A stretch of 24,000 nt of DNA from positions 29,608 to 53,607 of the forward strand of contig NZ_PEBS01000035.1 in assembly GCF_002869965.1 (NCBI RefSeq). The letters are read 5' to 3'. The stretch is from Janthinobacterium sp. ROICE36. Lineage in GTDB: Bacteria; Pseudomonadota; Gammaproteobacteria; Burkholderiales; Burkholderiaceae_D. Below are positions 7,795 through 15,410 of this stretch, one piece after another. A program made the position numbers and the translations under genes. Positions within the stretch are counted from its first letter, which is position 1. Every line of letters starts with the position of its first letter. The notes under the pieces are model-generated. The model was not told the DNA's origin. It made no database searches and saw nothing but the letters and a program-made list of their open reading frames with translations.

Positions 7795-8100
7795 TCACCC
7801 CCACCGCATGACAAGCAACAACAAGACAAAACTGATGGCAGCACCTATCGCCTGCTGCATTTCCGTAAAGCCAGCCCAGGCCAGATTCACATACGCAGCC
7901 AGCAAGAGGCCGATGAACAAACGGTCGCCGCGCGTGGTGGGCATGGGCAAGAAACCCTTGCGCTCTATGCTGGGCGAGCGGATTTGCCACACCGTCATGC
8001 CAGCCAGCATCAAGCCTATACAAATGAAAAAGATGACCACTTCCGGCGTCCACGCCATCCAGCCGAACAGGCTGGCTGTGCTGTCATTGGTATTTTCCAT
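7795..8100 (-). CDS. Small integral membrane protein, DUF2160-like (GlpU-like accessory component of the glycerol ABC system)
   Basis: Frame of ORF 7795..8133. I prefer ATG 8100 (MENTNDSTASLFGWMAWTPEVV...), 1 nt after the upstream permease stop (8102..8104). Three hydrophobic stretches: VVIFFICIGLMLAGMTVW, LFIGLLLAAYVNLAWAGF, AIGAAISFVLLLLVM. Confidence 0.75.
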   Translation of the reverse strand: MENTNDSTASLFGWMAWTPEVVIFFICIGLMLAGMTVWQIRSPSIERKGFLPMPTTRGDRLFIGLLLAAYVNLAWAGFTEMQQAIGAAISFVLLLLVMRWG

Positions 8101-8101
8101 G

Positions 8102-8908
8102 TCACACCCTCCCCATCGCAAAACCCTTGGCAATGTAATGCCGCACGAACCAGATCACCAGCGCGCCGGGCACGATGGTCAGCACGCCTGCCGCCGCCAG
8201 CACGCCCCAGTCCATGCCGGCCGCCGACACGGTGCGCGTCATGGTGGCGGCAATCGGCTTGGCATTGACGGAAGTCAAGGTGCGCGCCAGCAGCAATTCC
8301 ACCCAGCTGAACATGAAGCAGAAGAAAGCCGTCACGCCCACGCCCGACTTGATCATCGGCAAGAAGATGCGGATGAAGAAGCGGGGGAAACTGTAGCCAT
8401 CGATATACGCCGTCTCGTCGATTTCCTTGGGCACGCCGGACATGAAGCCTTCCAGTATCCACACGGCCAGCGGCACGTTGAAGACCATGTGCGCCAGCGC
8501 TACGGCCAGATGCGTATCCATCAGGCCCACCGTCGAATACAGCTGGAAGAAGGGCACGAGGAAGACGGCCGGTGGCGTCATGCGGTTGGTCAAGAGCCAG
8601 AAGAACAAATGCTTGTCGCCGACAAAGTTGTAGCGCGAAAAGGCATAGGCGGCCGGCAAGGCGACCGTCACCGACATCACCATGTTCAGCGCCACGTAAA
8701 TCATGGAATTGATGTAACCGCTGTACCAGGATAGGTCCGTGAAAATCGTGTGATAGTTGGCAAACGTCAGCTGCCGGGGCCACAGGCTCAGCACACCGAC
8801 GATTTCCTCGTTGGTCTTGAGCGACATATTGAGCATCCAGTAGATGGGCAACAGGGACGCCAGCAAAAAGACGACGAGGATGGCAGTGCTCGTTTTCTTG
8901 TGCATCAT
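8102..8908 (-). CDS. Carbohydrate-type ABC transporter permease (MalG/UgpE-like)
   Basis: Frame of ORF 8102..9268. The real start is MMHKKTSTAILVVFLLASLLPIYWMLNMSLK at 8908, which forms an ATGA overlap with the upstream permease stop (8905..8907). The EAA-loop-like motif is ETAYIDGYSFPRFFIRIFLPM. Confidence 0.9.
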   Translation of the reverse strand: MMHKKTSTAILVVFLLASLLPIYWMLNMSLKTNEEIVGVLSLWPRQLTFANYHTIFTDLSWYSGYINSMIYVALNMVMSVTVALPAAYAFSRYNFVGDKHLFFWLLTNRMTPPAVFLVPFFQLYSTVGLMDTHLAVALAHMVFNVPLAVWILEGFMSGVPKEIDETAYIDGYSFPRFFIRIFLPMIKSGVGVTAFFCFMFSWVELLLARTLTSVNAKPIAATMTRTVSAAGMDWGVLAAAGVLTIVPGALVIWFVRHYIAKGFAMGRV

Positions 8909-9789
8909 TTCTGGTCTCCCGTGCCGACGCGCTGCATCCACGTGTACAGCACAAAGCAGAACAGCAAGATGATGAGGAAGTAAATCAGGGAAAACGCGGA
9001 AGCCGGCCCCAGGTCGAACTGGCCCACGGCCTTTTGCGTCAGGTATTGCGACAAAAAGGTGGTGGCATTGCCGGGACCGCCGCCCGTCAGCACGAACGGT
9101 TCCGTGTAGATCATGAAACTGTCCATGAAGCGCAGCAACACGGCGATCATCAGCACATTGCGCAGTTTCGGCAGCTGGATGTAGCGGAACACGGCCAGGC
9201 GCGAAGCGCCGTCGATGCGTGCCGCCTGGTAATACGCGTCGGGAATGGCGCGCAAGCCCGCGTAGCACAGCAGCACGACCAAGGGCGTCCAGTGCCAGAT
9301 ATCCATCACCATCACCGTCAGCCAGGCGTCGAGCGAATTGCCGTTGTAGTTGTAATCAAAACCCAGCTGATTCAGGCTGTAGCCCATCAGGCCGATGTCG
9401 CCGCGGCCAAAGATTTGCCAGATAGTACCCACCACGTTCCAGGGAATCAGCAAGGGCAGCGCGATCAGCACCAGCGCCAGCGAGGCCTTCCAGCCATCGG
9501 CCGGCATGCACAGGGCGATCAATATACCCAGCGGAATCTGGATCGCCAGCACGCAGCCGGAAAACAGCAGCTGGCGCAGCAAGGCGCTGTGCAAGTCGCC
9601 GTCCAGCATGACCATGCGGAACCACTCGGTGCCCACAAACACCTTTTGCGTGGGGCTCAGGATATCTTGCACGGAATAGTTCACCACCGTCATCAGGGGC
9701 AAGATGGCGGAAAAGGCCACGCACAGCAGCACGGGCAGTATCAGTAGCCAGGCGCGGCGGTTGTTGTCGGTTTTACCGTTATGTATCAT
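8905..9789 (-). CDS. Carbohydrate-type ABC transporter permease (MalF/UgpA-like)
   Basis: 294-aa ORF with multiple TM segments. The EAA loop is QAARIDGASRLAVFRYIQLPKL. The start ATG 9789..9787 overlaps the upstream ATPase stop by 1 nt (TGATG). Confidence 0.9.
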   Translation of the reverse strand: MIHNGKTDNNRRAWLLILPVLLCVAFSAILPLMTVVNYSVQDILSPTQKVFVGTEWFRMVMLDGDLHSALLRQLLFSGCVLAIQIPLGILIALCMPADGWKASLALVLIALPLLIPWNVVGTIWQIFGRGDIGLMGYSLNQLGFDYNYNGNSLDAWLTVMVMDIWHWTPLVVLLCYAGLRAIPDAYYQAARIDGASRLAVFRYIQLPKLRNVLMIAVLLRFMDSFMIYTEPFVLTGGGPGNATTFLSQYLTQKAVGQFDLGPASAFSLIYFLIILLFCFVLYTWMQRVGTGDQK

Positions 9790-10880
9790 CAGGCCACCCG
9801 CTTATCGTTGACATAGAACAAGGTTCGTTGCGGCGGAAAGCGCAGCCGCACAGTCTTTCCCGCTACCGCATCGATGGCGCGCAGCTTGGCCGCCACCGTT
9901 GCACCGCCCAGTTGGAATTCCGCCAGATAATGCGTGCCCATGTTGCGCACGGCCGTGACCGTGGCATCCAGGCAGTGGTCGCCACTCTCGCCCGCCGGCA
10001 AGCATTCGACGAATTCGGGCCGCACGCCCAAGGTGATTTTGCCTTGCGCCCCTAGCAGCGCCGCACGGGCTGCAGCGGACACGGTCAGTGCCTGTCCCGC
10101 CACCCTCGCGGCGCCATCGTCCAAGGTGCAATCGAGCAAGTTCATGCCCGGATTGCCGATGAAATAACCGACAAACGTGTGTTCCGGCTCCTCGAACAGC
10201 GCTTGCGCGCTGCCCGTCTGCACCACTTCGCCCTGCGTCATGACGACCACCTGGTCGGCAAAGGTCAAGGCTTCCACCTGGTCGTGCGTGACGTAGATCA
10301 ACGATAACTTCAATTCGTGGTGGATTTCCTTCAATTTTCTACGCAGCAGCCATTTCAGGTGCGGGTCGATCACCGTCAGCGGTTCATCGAACAGCACGGC
10401 CGCCACGTCGGGGCGCACGAGGCCCCGTCCCAGCGAAATCTTTTGCTTGGCATCCACAGACAAGCCGCTGGCGCGCAGTTTCAAGTCGCCCGTCAGCTCC
10501 AGCATCTGCGCCACCTGCTGCACGCGTTTTTTCACCTCGATTTCTTTCCAGCCGCGATTGCGCAGCGGAAACGCCAAGTTGTCGTGCACGGTCATGGTGT
10601 CGTAGATGACGGGAAACTGGAACACTTGCGCGATATTGCGTGCTTCGGTGGGCAGTTGCGTCACATCCTTGCCGTCAAACAGCACCTTGCCATGCGACGG
10701 TTTCACCAGGCCGGAGATGATATTGAGCAAGGTCGTCTTGCCGCAGCCGGACGGGCCCAGCAAGGCGTACGCGCCGCCGTCATGCCATGCCATGCTCATG
10801 GGCCGCAGCGCATAGTCGGCGGGTGCAGTCGGGTTCGGTTTATAGGCGTGGGCCAAGTCGACCAGTTCGATGCGCGCCAT
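9789..10880 (-). CDS. ABC transporter ATP-binding protein (MalK/UgpC-like) with a degenerate signature motif
   Basis: 363-aa ORF. Walker A GPSGCGKTT, Q-loop VFQ, Walker B VLFDEP and H-loop YVTHDQVEA are canonical. The signature position reads LSVDAKQKISLGRGL instead of LSGGQRQR. C-terminal MalK-type regulatory/TOBE-like region. Confidence 0.9.
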   Translation of the reverse strand: MARIELVDLAHAYKPNPTAPADYALRPMSMAWHDGGAYALLGPSGCGKTTLLNIISGLVKPSHGKVLFDGKDVTQLPTEARNIAQVFQFPVIYDTMTVHDNLAFPLRNRGWKEIEVKKRVQQVAQMLELTGDLKLRASGLSVDAKQKISLGRGLVRPDVAAVLFDEPLTVIDPHLKWLLRRKLKEIHHELKLSLIYVTHDQVEALTFADQVVVMTQGEVVQTGSAQALFEEPEHTFVGYFIGNPGMNLLDCTLDDGAARVAGQALTVSAAARAALLGAQGKITLGVRPEFVECLPAGESGDHCLDATVTAVRNMGTHYLAEFQLGGATVAAKLRAIDAVAGKTVRLRFPPQRTLFYVNDKRVA

Positions 10881-10881
10881 G

Positions 10882-11976
10882 TCACACTCCTCCTTGCACA
10901 GGAGCGAACAGCAGGCCGCCGTCTTGCGCGAAGATCAGCAGGGCATGCGGCTGGCAATACACGGTGCAGGCGCTGCCGATCTCCAGATTGTGCACGCCGC
11001 CAAGCTGCGCCACCAGGGCCAGCTCGCCACGGCGCGCATGCAGATAGGTTTCCGAGCCGCTGATTTCCGCCAGGTCCACCTGCGCCGCGATGGCCACGTC
11101 GCCATCGGACTGCGGCGACAAGTGCAGGCTGTGTGCGCGCACGCCGAGAATCACCTCCGTGCTGTCGCTCAGGCGCGCGCGCTGTTCGCCGCTCAGGTGA
11201 ATCGCCAGGCCATCGGCCGCCTGCGCCACGCCGTGCGCATCCACGCGCGCGGGAATCAGGTTGATGGGCGGGTCGCTGAAGGTGCGCGCCACGGCGATGG
11301 AATTGGGCGCGTTGAAGACGTCTAGCGTCGGCCCCTGCTGCAACAAGCGCCCCTCATGCAGCACAGCCACGTGGCCACCCAGCTGCAGCGCTTCCAGCGG
11401 TTCCGTGGTGGCGTACACGACCGTCGTGCTGCCGCTGGAAAACAGTTCCGTCAATTCGCGGCGCAATTCCTCGCGCAATTTGTAATCGAGATTGACGAGC
11501 GGTTCGTCGAGCAGCAGCAGGGAGGCATCCTTGATCAGCGCGCGTCCCAGCGCCGTGCGCTGCTGCTGGCCGCCCGACAGTTCGCCTGGCGTGCGCTGCA
11601 GATACGGCGTGATGTGCAGGCGCTCGGCCAGCGCCAGCACTTTCGCGCGTATCTCCTCCTCGGGCACCTTGCGCAAGCGCAAGGGCGAGGCAATATTGTC
11701 GTACACGGTAAAGGCCGGATAATTGATGAATTGCTGGTACACCATGGCCAGGTTGCGACGGCTGACAGGCACGCCCGTCACGTCGACGCCATCGGCCGTG
11801 ACGCTGCCCCCGCTGGGCTTGTCCAGGCCCGCCATCACGCGCATCAGGGTGGTCTTGCCGGCACGCGTGGTGCCCAGCAAGACGTTGATGGCGCCCGGCA
11901 CGAGGGCCAGCGACATCGGATATAAAAAGTCGTCAGCACCCTGTTTCCTGCTGATCTTGTCCAGTACCAGTTGCAC
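10882..11976 (-). CDS. ABC transporter ATP-binding protein (MalK/UgpC-like) lacking the H-loop histidine
   Basis: 364-aa ORF with a GTG start at 11976 behind GGAGGAG. Walker A GTTRAGKTT, Q-loop VYQQ, signature LSGGQQQR and Walker B LLLLDEP are present. The H-loop position reads VVYATTEPLEA, where the canonical form is VTHDxxEA. Confidence 0.9.
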   Translation of the reverse strand: MQLVLDKISRKQGADDFLYPMSLALVPGAINVLLGTTRAGKTTLMRVMAGLDKPSGGSVTADGVDVTGVPVSRRNLAMVYQQFINYPAFTVYDNIASPLRLRKVPEEEIRAKVLALAERLHITPYLQRTPGELSGGQQQRTALGRALIKDASLLLLDEPLVNLDYKLREELRRELTELFSSGSTTVVYATTEPLEALQLGGHVAVLHEGRLLQQGPTLDVFNAPNSIAVARTFSDPPINLIPARVDAHGVAQAADGLAIHLSGEQRARLSDSTEVILGVRAHSLHLSPQSDGDVAIAAQVDLAEISGSETYLHARRGELALVAQLGGVHNLEIGSACTVYCQPHALLIFAQDGGLLFAPVQGGV

Positions 11977-12057
11977 GCGCTTCTCCTCCAGTGATGGTTT
12001 CTTATTCTTCGCCGCACCCTCTGCGGGGCGCGGTCGCCAGCGTGTTCTGTGTTCTTC

Positions 12058-13629
12058 CTACGGCAACACGGGATGCTGCAACAGCCACGCATCGAGCCTG
12101 CCCGCCGTCTCGCGCGGCAGGTGCAGGCCCAGCTTGGAGCGCCGCCACAGGATGTCGGCCGCGCCGACGGCCCACTCATGGCGCCGCAAATAATCGACTT
12201 CCGCCGCGTACAGGCCGGCGGCGATTTCCTCGCCCATGGCCGCCACGTCCCGGCGCCCATCGAGCAGCAGATGGATGCGCGTGCCGTAAGCGCGCGCATA
12301 GCGCGCCACCAATGCCGCCGGCAGCCAGGCATAGTCGCGCTGCAAGCTTTGTACGAACTGGCCGAATTCGCGCACCGATCTGTTCTGCGGCGTGCTGCCG
12401 AACACGTCGCCGCCGGGCAGGCAGGCGTGTTCCGTCCAGGCTGGCCGCGTATTGCCCAGCAAGGGCGCCAGCATATCCAGCGCTTCCTCGGCCAGCTTGC
12501 GGAAGGTGGTGATCTTGCCGCCGAAAACGCTGAGCAACGGCGCCCCTTCCTGGTCCAGTTCGAAGCGATAATCGCGCGTGACGGCCTTGGCGTCGGCCGC
12601 CGCGTCTTCCACCAGCGGGCGCACGCCCGCATACGTCCAGACCACGTCGGCTGGCACGACGGGCTTGCTGAAATAGTAACTGGAAAGCTCGCACAAGTAA
12701 CGAATTTCCTCGTCATCGATTTCCACCTTGCCTCGCTCGCCCTGATAGTCGAGGTCCGTGGTGCCGATCAGCGTGAAATCGTGCTCATACGGAATGGCAA
12801 ATACGATGCGTCCGTCCGGATGCTGGAAGATGTAGGCATGATCATGCGCGTAGAGGCGCTTGACGACGATATGGCTGCCCTTGATCAAGCGCAAATGCCG
12901 GCCCTGTCCGCCGGGCGCCGCCTGCTGCAGGAATTCGGCCGTCCATGGACCGGCCGCATTGACGACGCTGCGCGCGCGCACCAGCGTCTGCCTGCCGCTG
13001 GCGTGCTGCAAGGTGGCCAGCCAAGCAGCATCCTCACCCTCGCCCTGGCGCGCCAGCGCCGTGCAGCGCGTCTGCGTCAGCACGTGCGCGCCCTTGTCCG
13101 CCGCGTCGATGGCGTTCAAGACCACCAGGCGTGCATCGTCGACCCAGCCATCGGAATACACGAAGCCGCGCTTGAATTCGGGTTTTAACGGTTTGCCGGC
13201 CGCGTGGCGCGCAAGATCGACGCCGTGCGAGGCAGGCAGGATTTCCCGCTTCGCCAGCATGTCGTAGAGGAACAGGCCGGCGCGTATCAGCCAGGCCGGG
13301 CGCTGGCCCTGCGCATGCGGCATGACGAAGCGCAGCGGCCACATGATGTGCGGTGCCGAGCGCAGCAGCACTTCGCGCTCGATCAGCGCCTTGCGCACGA
13401 GGCCGAATTCATAGTATTCGAGGTAGCGCAGGCCGCCGTGTATCAGCTTGGTGGAAGCCGACGAGGTGTGGGCCGCCAGGTCGTCTTTTTCGCACAGCAC
13501 CACGGACAAGCCCCGCCCGGCCGCGTCGCGCGCGATGCCGGCGCCGTTGATGCCGCCGCCCACCACCAGCAGGTCGCATTCCATCGCCGATTCCGGCACT
13601 GCGTCGTTTCCCAGCTGTACTGAGGCCAT
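12058..13629 (-). CDS. glpD: Aerobic sn-glycerol-3-phosphate dehydrogenase (FAD-dependent)
   Basis: 523-aa ORF. FAD fold DLLVVGGGINGAGIARDAAGRGLSVVLCEKDDLAAHTSSASTKLIHGGLRYLE. GGAG lies 6-9 nt upstream of ATG 13629. First gene of the minus-strand operon. Confidence 0.95.
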   Translation of the reverse strand: MASVQLGNDAVPESAMECDLLVVGGGINGAGIARDAAGRGLSVVLCEKDDLAAHTSSASTKLIHGGLRYLEYYEFGLVRKALIEREVLLRSAPHIMWPLRFVMPHAQGQRPAWLIRAGLFLYDMLAKREILPASHGVDLARHAAGKPLKPEFKRGFVYSDGWVDDARLVVLNAIDAADKGAHVLTQTRCTALARQGEGEDAAWLATLQHASGRQTLVRARSVVNAAGPWTAEFLQQAAPGGQGRHLRLIKGSHIVVKRLYAHDHAYIFQHPDGRIVFAIPYEHDFTLIGTTDLDYQGERGKVEIDDEEIRYLCELSSYYFSKPVVPADVVWTYAGVRPLVEDAAADAKAVTRDYRFELDQEGAPLLSVFGGKITTFRKLAEEALDMLAPLLGNTRPAWTEHACLPGGDVFGSTPQNRSVREFGQFVQSLQRDYAWLPAALVARYARAYGTRIHLLLDGRRDVAAMGEEIAAGLYAAEVDYLRRHEWAVGAADILWRRSKLGLHLPRETAGRLDAWLLQHPVLP

Positions 13630-13745
13630 CGGGACTCCATCGTTATCAAGGACAGGCGGTCAAGAAAGACTAGGCACACCCGGCGACTGTGGTTAAGATC
13701 AATACGGATGTCATACGAATACAATATGGATAAGATTACGCCATA

Positions 13746-13797
13746 AATCGAACTCATAGCAACATATTTTTACCCACATTTGTTCGATTTTGTTCGT
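13746..13797. promoter_or_regulatory. GlpR operator-like half-sites in the glpR / glpD divergent control region
   Basis: TGTTCG occurs at 13781..13786 and 13791..13796, one helical turn apart, each within TTTGTTCG(A/T)TTT. The inverted half-site ATCGAAC is at 13747..13753. These resemble TGTTCG/CGAACA half-sites of enterobacterial GlpR operators as I recall them. Confidence 0.5.
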
Positions 13798-13823
13798 TTT
13801 TGGAATTTTAAAGAGACACGCCC

Positions 13824-14585
13824 ATGAATTTGAATCCCCGCCAGCGCCGCTTGCTTGAAGTGGTGCGCCAGAAAGTCACCATGTCGGTCGAGGAATTGGC
13901 CCAGCAGCTCGACGTCACGCCGCAAACCGTGCGGCGCGACGTCAAGCAGATGGAAGAAGCGCGCCTGCTGGCCCGCTATCACGGTGGCGTGGGCTTGCCC
14001 TCATCGGTGGAAAACATCGATTACCACCAGCGCCAGGTATTCAACAGCGAAGCCAAGCGGCGCATCGCCACCGCCGTGGCGGCGCAAGTGCCACATGGCT
14101 GCTCGCTCCTGATCAATATCGGCACCACCACCGAGGAAGTGGCGCGCGCGCTGGGACAGCACACGGGCTTGCACGTGGTGACGAACAACCTGAACGTGGC
14201 CGCCATCCTGGCCGACAACGCCGCCTGCGAAGTCATCGTGGCCGGCGGCGTGGTACGCGGGCGCGACCGCGGCATCGTGGGCGAAGCGACCATCGACTTC
14301 ATCCGCCAGTTCAAGGTCGATATCGGCATCATCGGCATTTCCAGCATCGACGAAGACGGCAGCTTGCGCGACTTCGATGCGCGCGAAGTGAAAGTGGCGC
14401 AAGCCATCATCGAGCAGTCGCGCGAAGTGTGGCTGGTGGCCGACCAGCATAAATTCGGCCGCAAGGCGCTGGTGCGCCTGGCCGACCTGGCGCAAGTCGA
14501 CATCCTGTTTACCGACGCGCCGCCGCCGGCCCGCTTTGCCGAAGTATTGCGCGACGCCAACGTGAAGGTGGTGGTGGCTGCCTGA
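13824..14585 (+). CDS. glpR: DeoR/GlpR-family transcriptional repressor of the glycerol regulon
   Basis: 253-aa ORF. N-terminal DeoR HTH (RQRRLLEVVRQKVTMSVEELAQQLDVTPQTVRRDVKQME) plus a sugar-phosphate-binding DeoR C-domain (LINIGTTTEEVARAL...VVTNNLNVA). Divergent from glpD. Confidence 0.9.
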   Translation: MNLNPRQRRLLEVVRQKVTMSVEELAQQLDVTPQTVRRDVKQMEEARLLARYHGGVGLPSSVENIDYHQRQVFNSEAKRRIATAVAAQVPHGCSLLINIGTTTEEVARALGQHTGLHVVTNNLNVAAILADNAACEVIVAGGVVRGRDRGIVGEATIDFIRQFKVDIGIIGISSIDEDGSLRDFDAREVKVAQAIIEQSREVWLVADQHKFGRKALVRLADLAQVDILFTDAPPPARFAEVLRDANVKVVVAA

Positions 14586-14646
14586 CGACGCGCGTCCCAC
14601 GGCCGGTGGCGGGCGCCATCGCCGTCCAAGACAGGGCGTCCCCGCC

Positions 14647-15000
14647 TCAGTGCGCAATGGCAAGCTTGCCGAAGTGGCGTCCGCCGGCAGCCAGCTCCGC
14701 ATACGCTTCGGCCGTATCGTCAATGCTGAATACGCGGTCGATGACGGGCACGATGCCATGTGCGGCAATGGCCTGGACCGCCTGCGCCAGGTCGGCCACG
14801 GAACCGGTGTTGTTGCCGACGATGCGCAAGGCCTTGACGATGACGGGCAGCAAGTCGACGCTGGCGGCCGTGCCGCCCACTGGTCAGTTTCAGCACTCCC
14901 GCATCCCAGGCGGGCCTGGCCCGGCAGTTAATCAGGTGATCGGCGCCCAACTGGCGCGCCCGTTCCAGCTTTTCATCGCTGGACGACGTCTGCAGCGTGT
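14647..15000 (-). pseudogene. 3' relic of a zinc-independent MDR-type NAD(P)H:quinone oxidoreductase / alcohol dehydrogenase (5' half missing, internal out-of-frame deletion)
   Basis: Two minus-strand frames carry colinear MDR C-terminal blocks. The upstream block is TSSSDEKLERARQLGADHLINCRARPAWDAGVLKLT. After a frame change near 14880 comes GGTAASVDLLPVIVKALRIVGNNTGSVADLAQAVQAIAAHGIVPVIDRVFSIDDTAEAYAELAAGGRHFGKLAIAH*. There is no N-terminal catalytic domain, no Rossmann GxGxxG and no start codon context. Confidence 0.7.
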
Positions 15001-15029
15001 CCGTCTCGGGCCGCCGGCAAGTCAACCAC

Positions 15030-15137
15030 GGCCAGGCGCTGCCCAGCCGCCCCATGAGCGTGGTCTACCTGCCGCAGCGCTACCGCTCGCCCATATTGTG
15101 CAGCTTCGTCGATTTTCTGGTGGAACGATTCAGCTGA
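15030..15137 (+). pseudogene. C-terminal relic (about 35 codons) of a LysR-family transcriptional regulator
   Basis: My plus-strand translation ending at TGA 15135..15137 reads GQALPSRPMSVVYLPQRYRSPILCSFVDFLVERFS*. This is the typical LysR C-terminal tail pattern (...vyavyP.rr.ls..vraFvDFLve.f). There is no upstream HTH or effector domain. Too short to appear in the ORF track. Confidence 0.55.
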
Positions 15138-15410
15138 ATGGCAGCAGTAACAAGCGGCTGTCATTCGACATCAATTGCAATTGAAATATTTATCAATTCG
15201 GCAAAAATCATGTTACCATTGATGCAACATGAGTTATTTTTTTAATCTTCCTCGCCAGCAATACGGTTATTTGCTTGATATTGATTTTTATCTATCCAGA
15301 GCAAGAAAAAAAGGAAAAACTCTTTTCCAGTCAGTGATTTCCTGTGAAAACAGTGTTAGTACTACCTCAAGCACGATGATTGTTCCCAAACAAACCACTC
15401 GACAGCAAGC
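15138..15410. other. AT-rich non-coding spacer (about 34% G+C by hand count over 15161..15400) upstream of the MarR gene
   Basis: Composition counted directly: 82 G/C in 240 nt. The flanking coding DNA is visibly GC-rich. Contains repeated ATTGA/TCAAT motifs and A/T runs. Confidence 0.7.
15171..15184. repeat. Perfect 14-bp palindrome TCAATTGCAATTGA
   Basis: It is self-complementary when read from the sequence. Related motifs lie nearby: ATCAATT at 15192, CCATTGATG at 15217, CTTGATATTGATT at 15274. Confidence 0.8.

Noticed and set aside
4793-8734. Long plus-strand ORFs 4793..5893 (366 aa), 6091..7380 (429 aa) and 7505..8734 (409 aa)
   Set aside because: They are antisense to glpK, the binding protein and the DUF2160/permease genes. 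The 7505..8734 ORF even crosses three gene boundaries. The sequences are Arg/His/Gly-rich with no domain-like features.
12049-13188. 379-aa plus-strand ORF, plus minus-strand alternative-frame ORFs (11844..12716 and 12176..12694) over glpD
   Set aside because: glpD occupies this DNA with a full-length, motif-rich frame. The others are shadow ORFs of a high-GC gene.
14607-14646. Imperfect GC-rich inverted repeat (GGCGGGCGCC ... GGCGTCCCCGCC) between glpR and the oxidoreductase relic, as a bidirectional terminator
   Set aside because: The stem needs a bulge, the loop is about 16 nt, and there is no T- or A-tract on either side.
14001-14768. 255-aa minus-strand ORF
   Set aside because: It is antisense to glpR, whose DeoR HTH and C-domain are clear. 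It is a shadow ORF.
15306-15328. Minus-strand terminator-like element: GGAAAA-GAGT-TTTTCC followed by T7
   Set aside because: The stem has only two G:C pairs and is predicted to be very weak. No minus-strand gene or obvious promoter lies upstream of it. There is insufficient support for a terminator or sRNA call.
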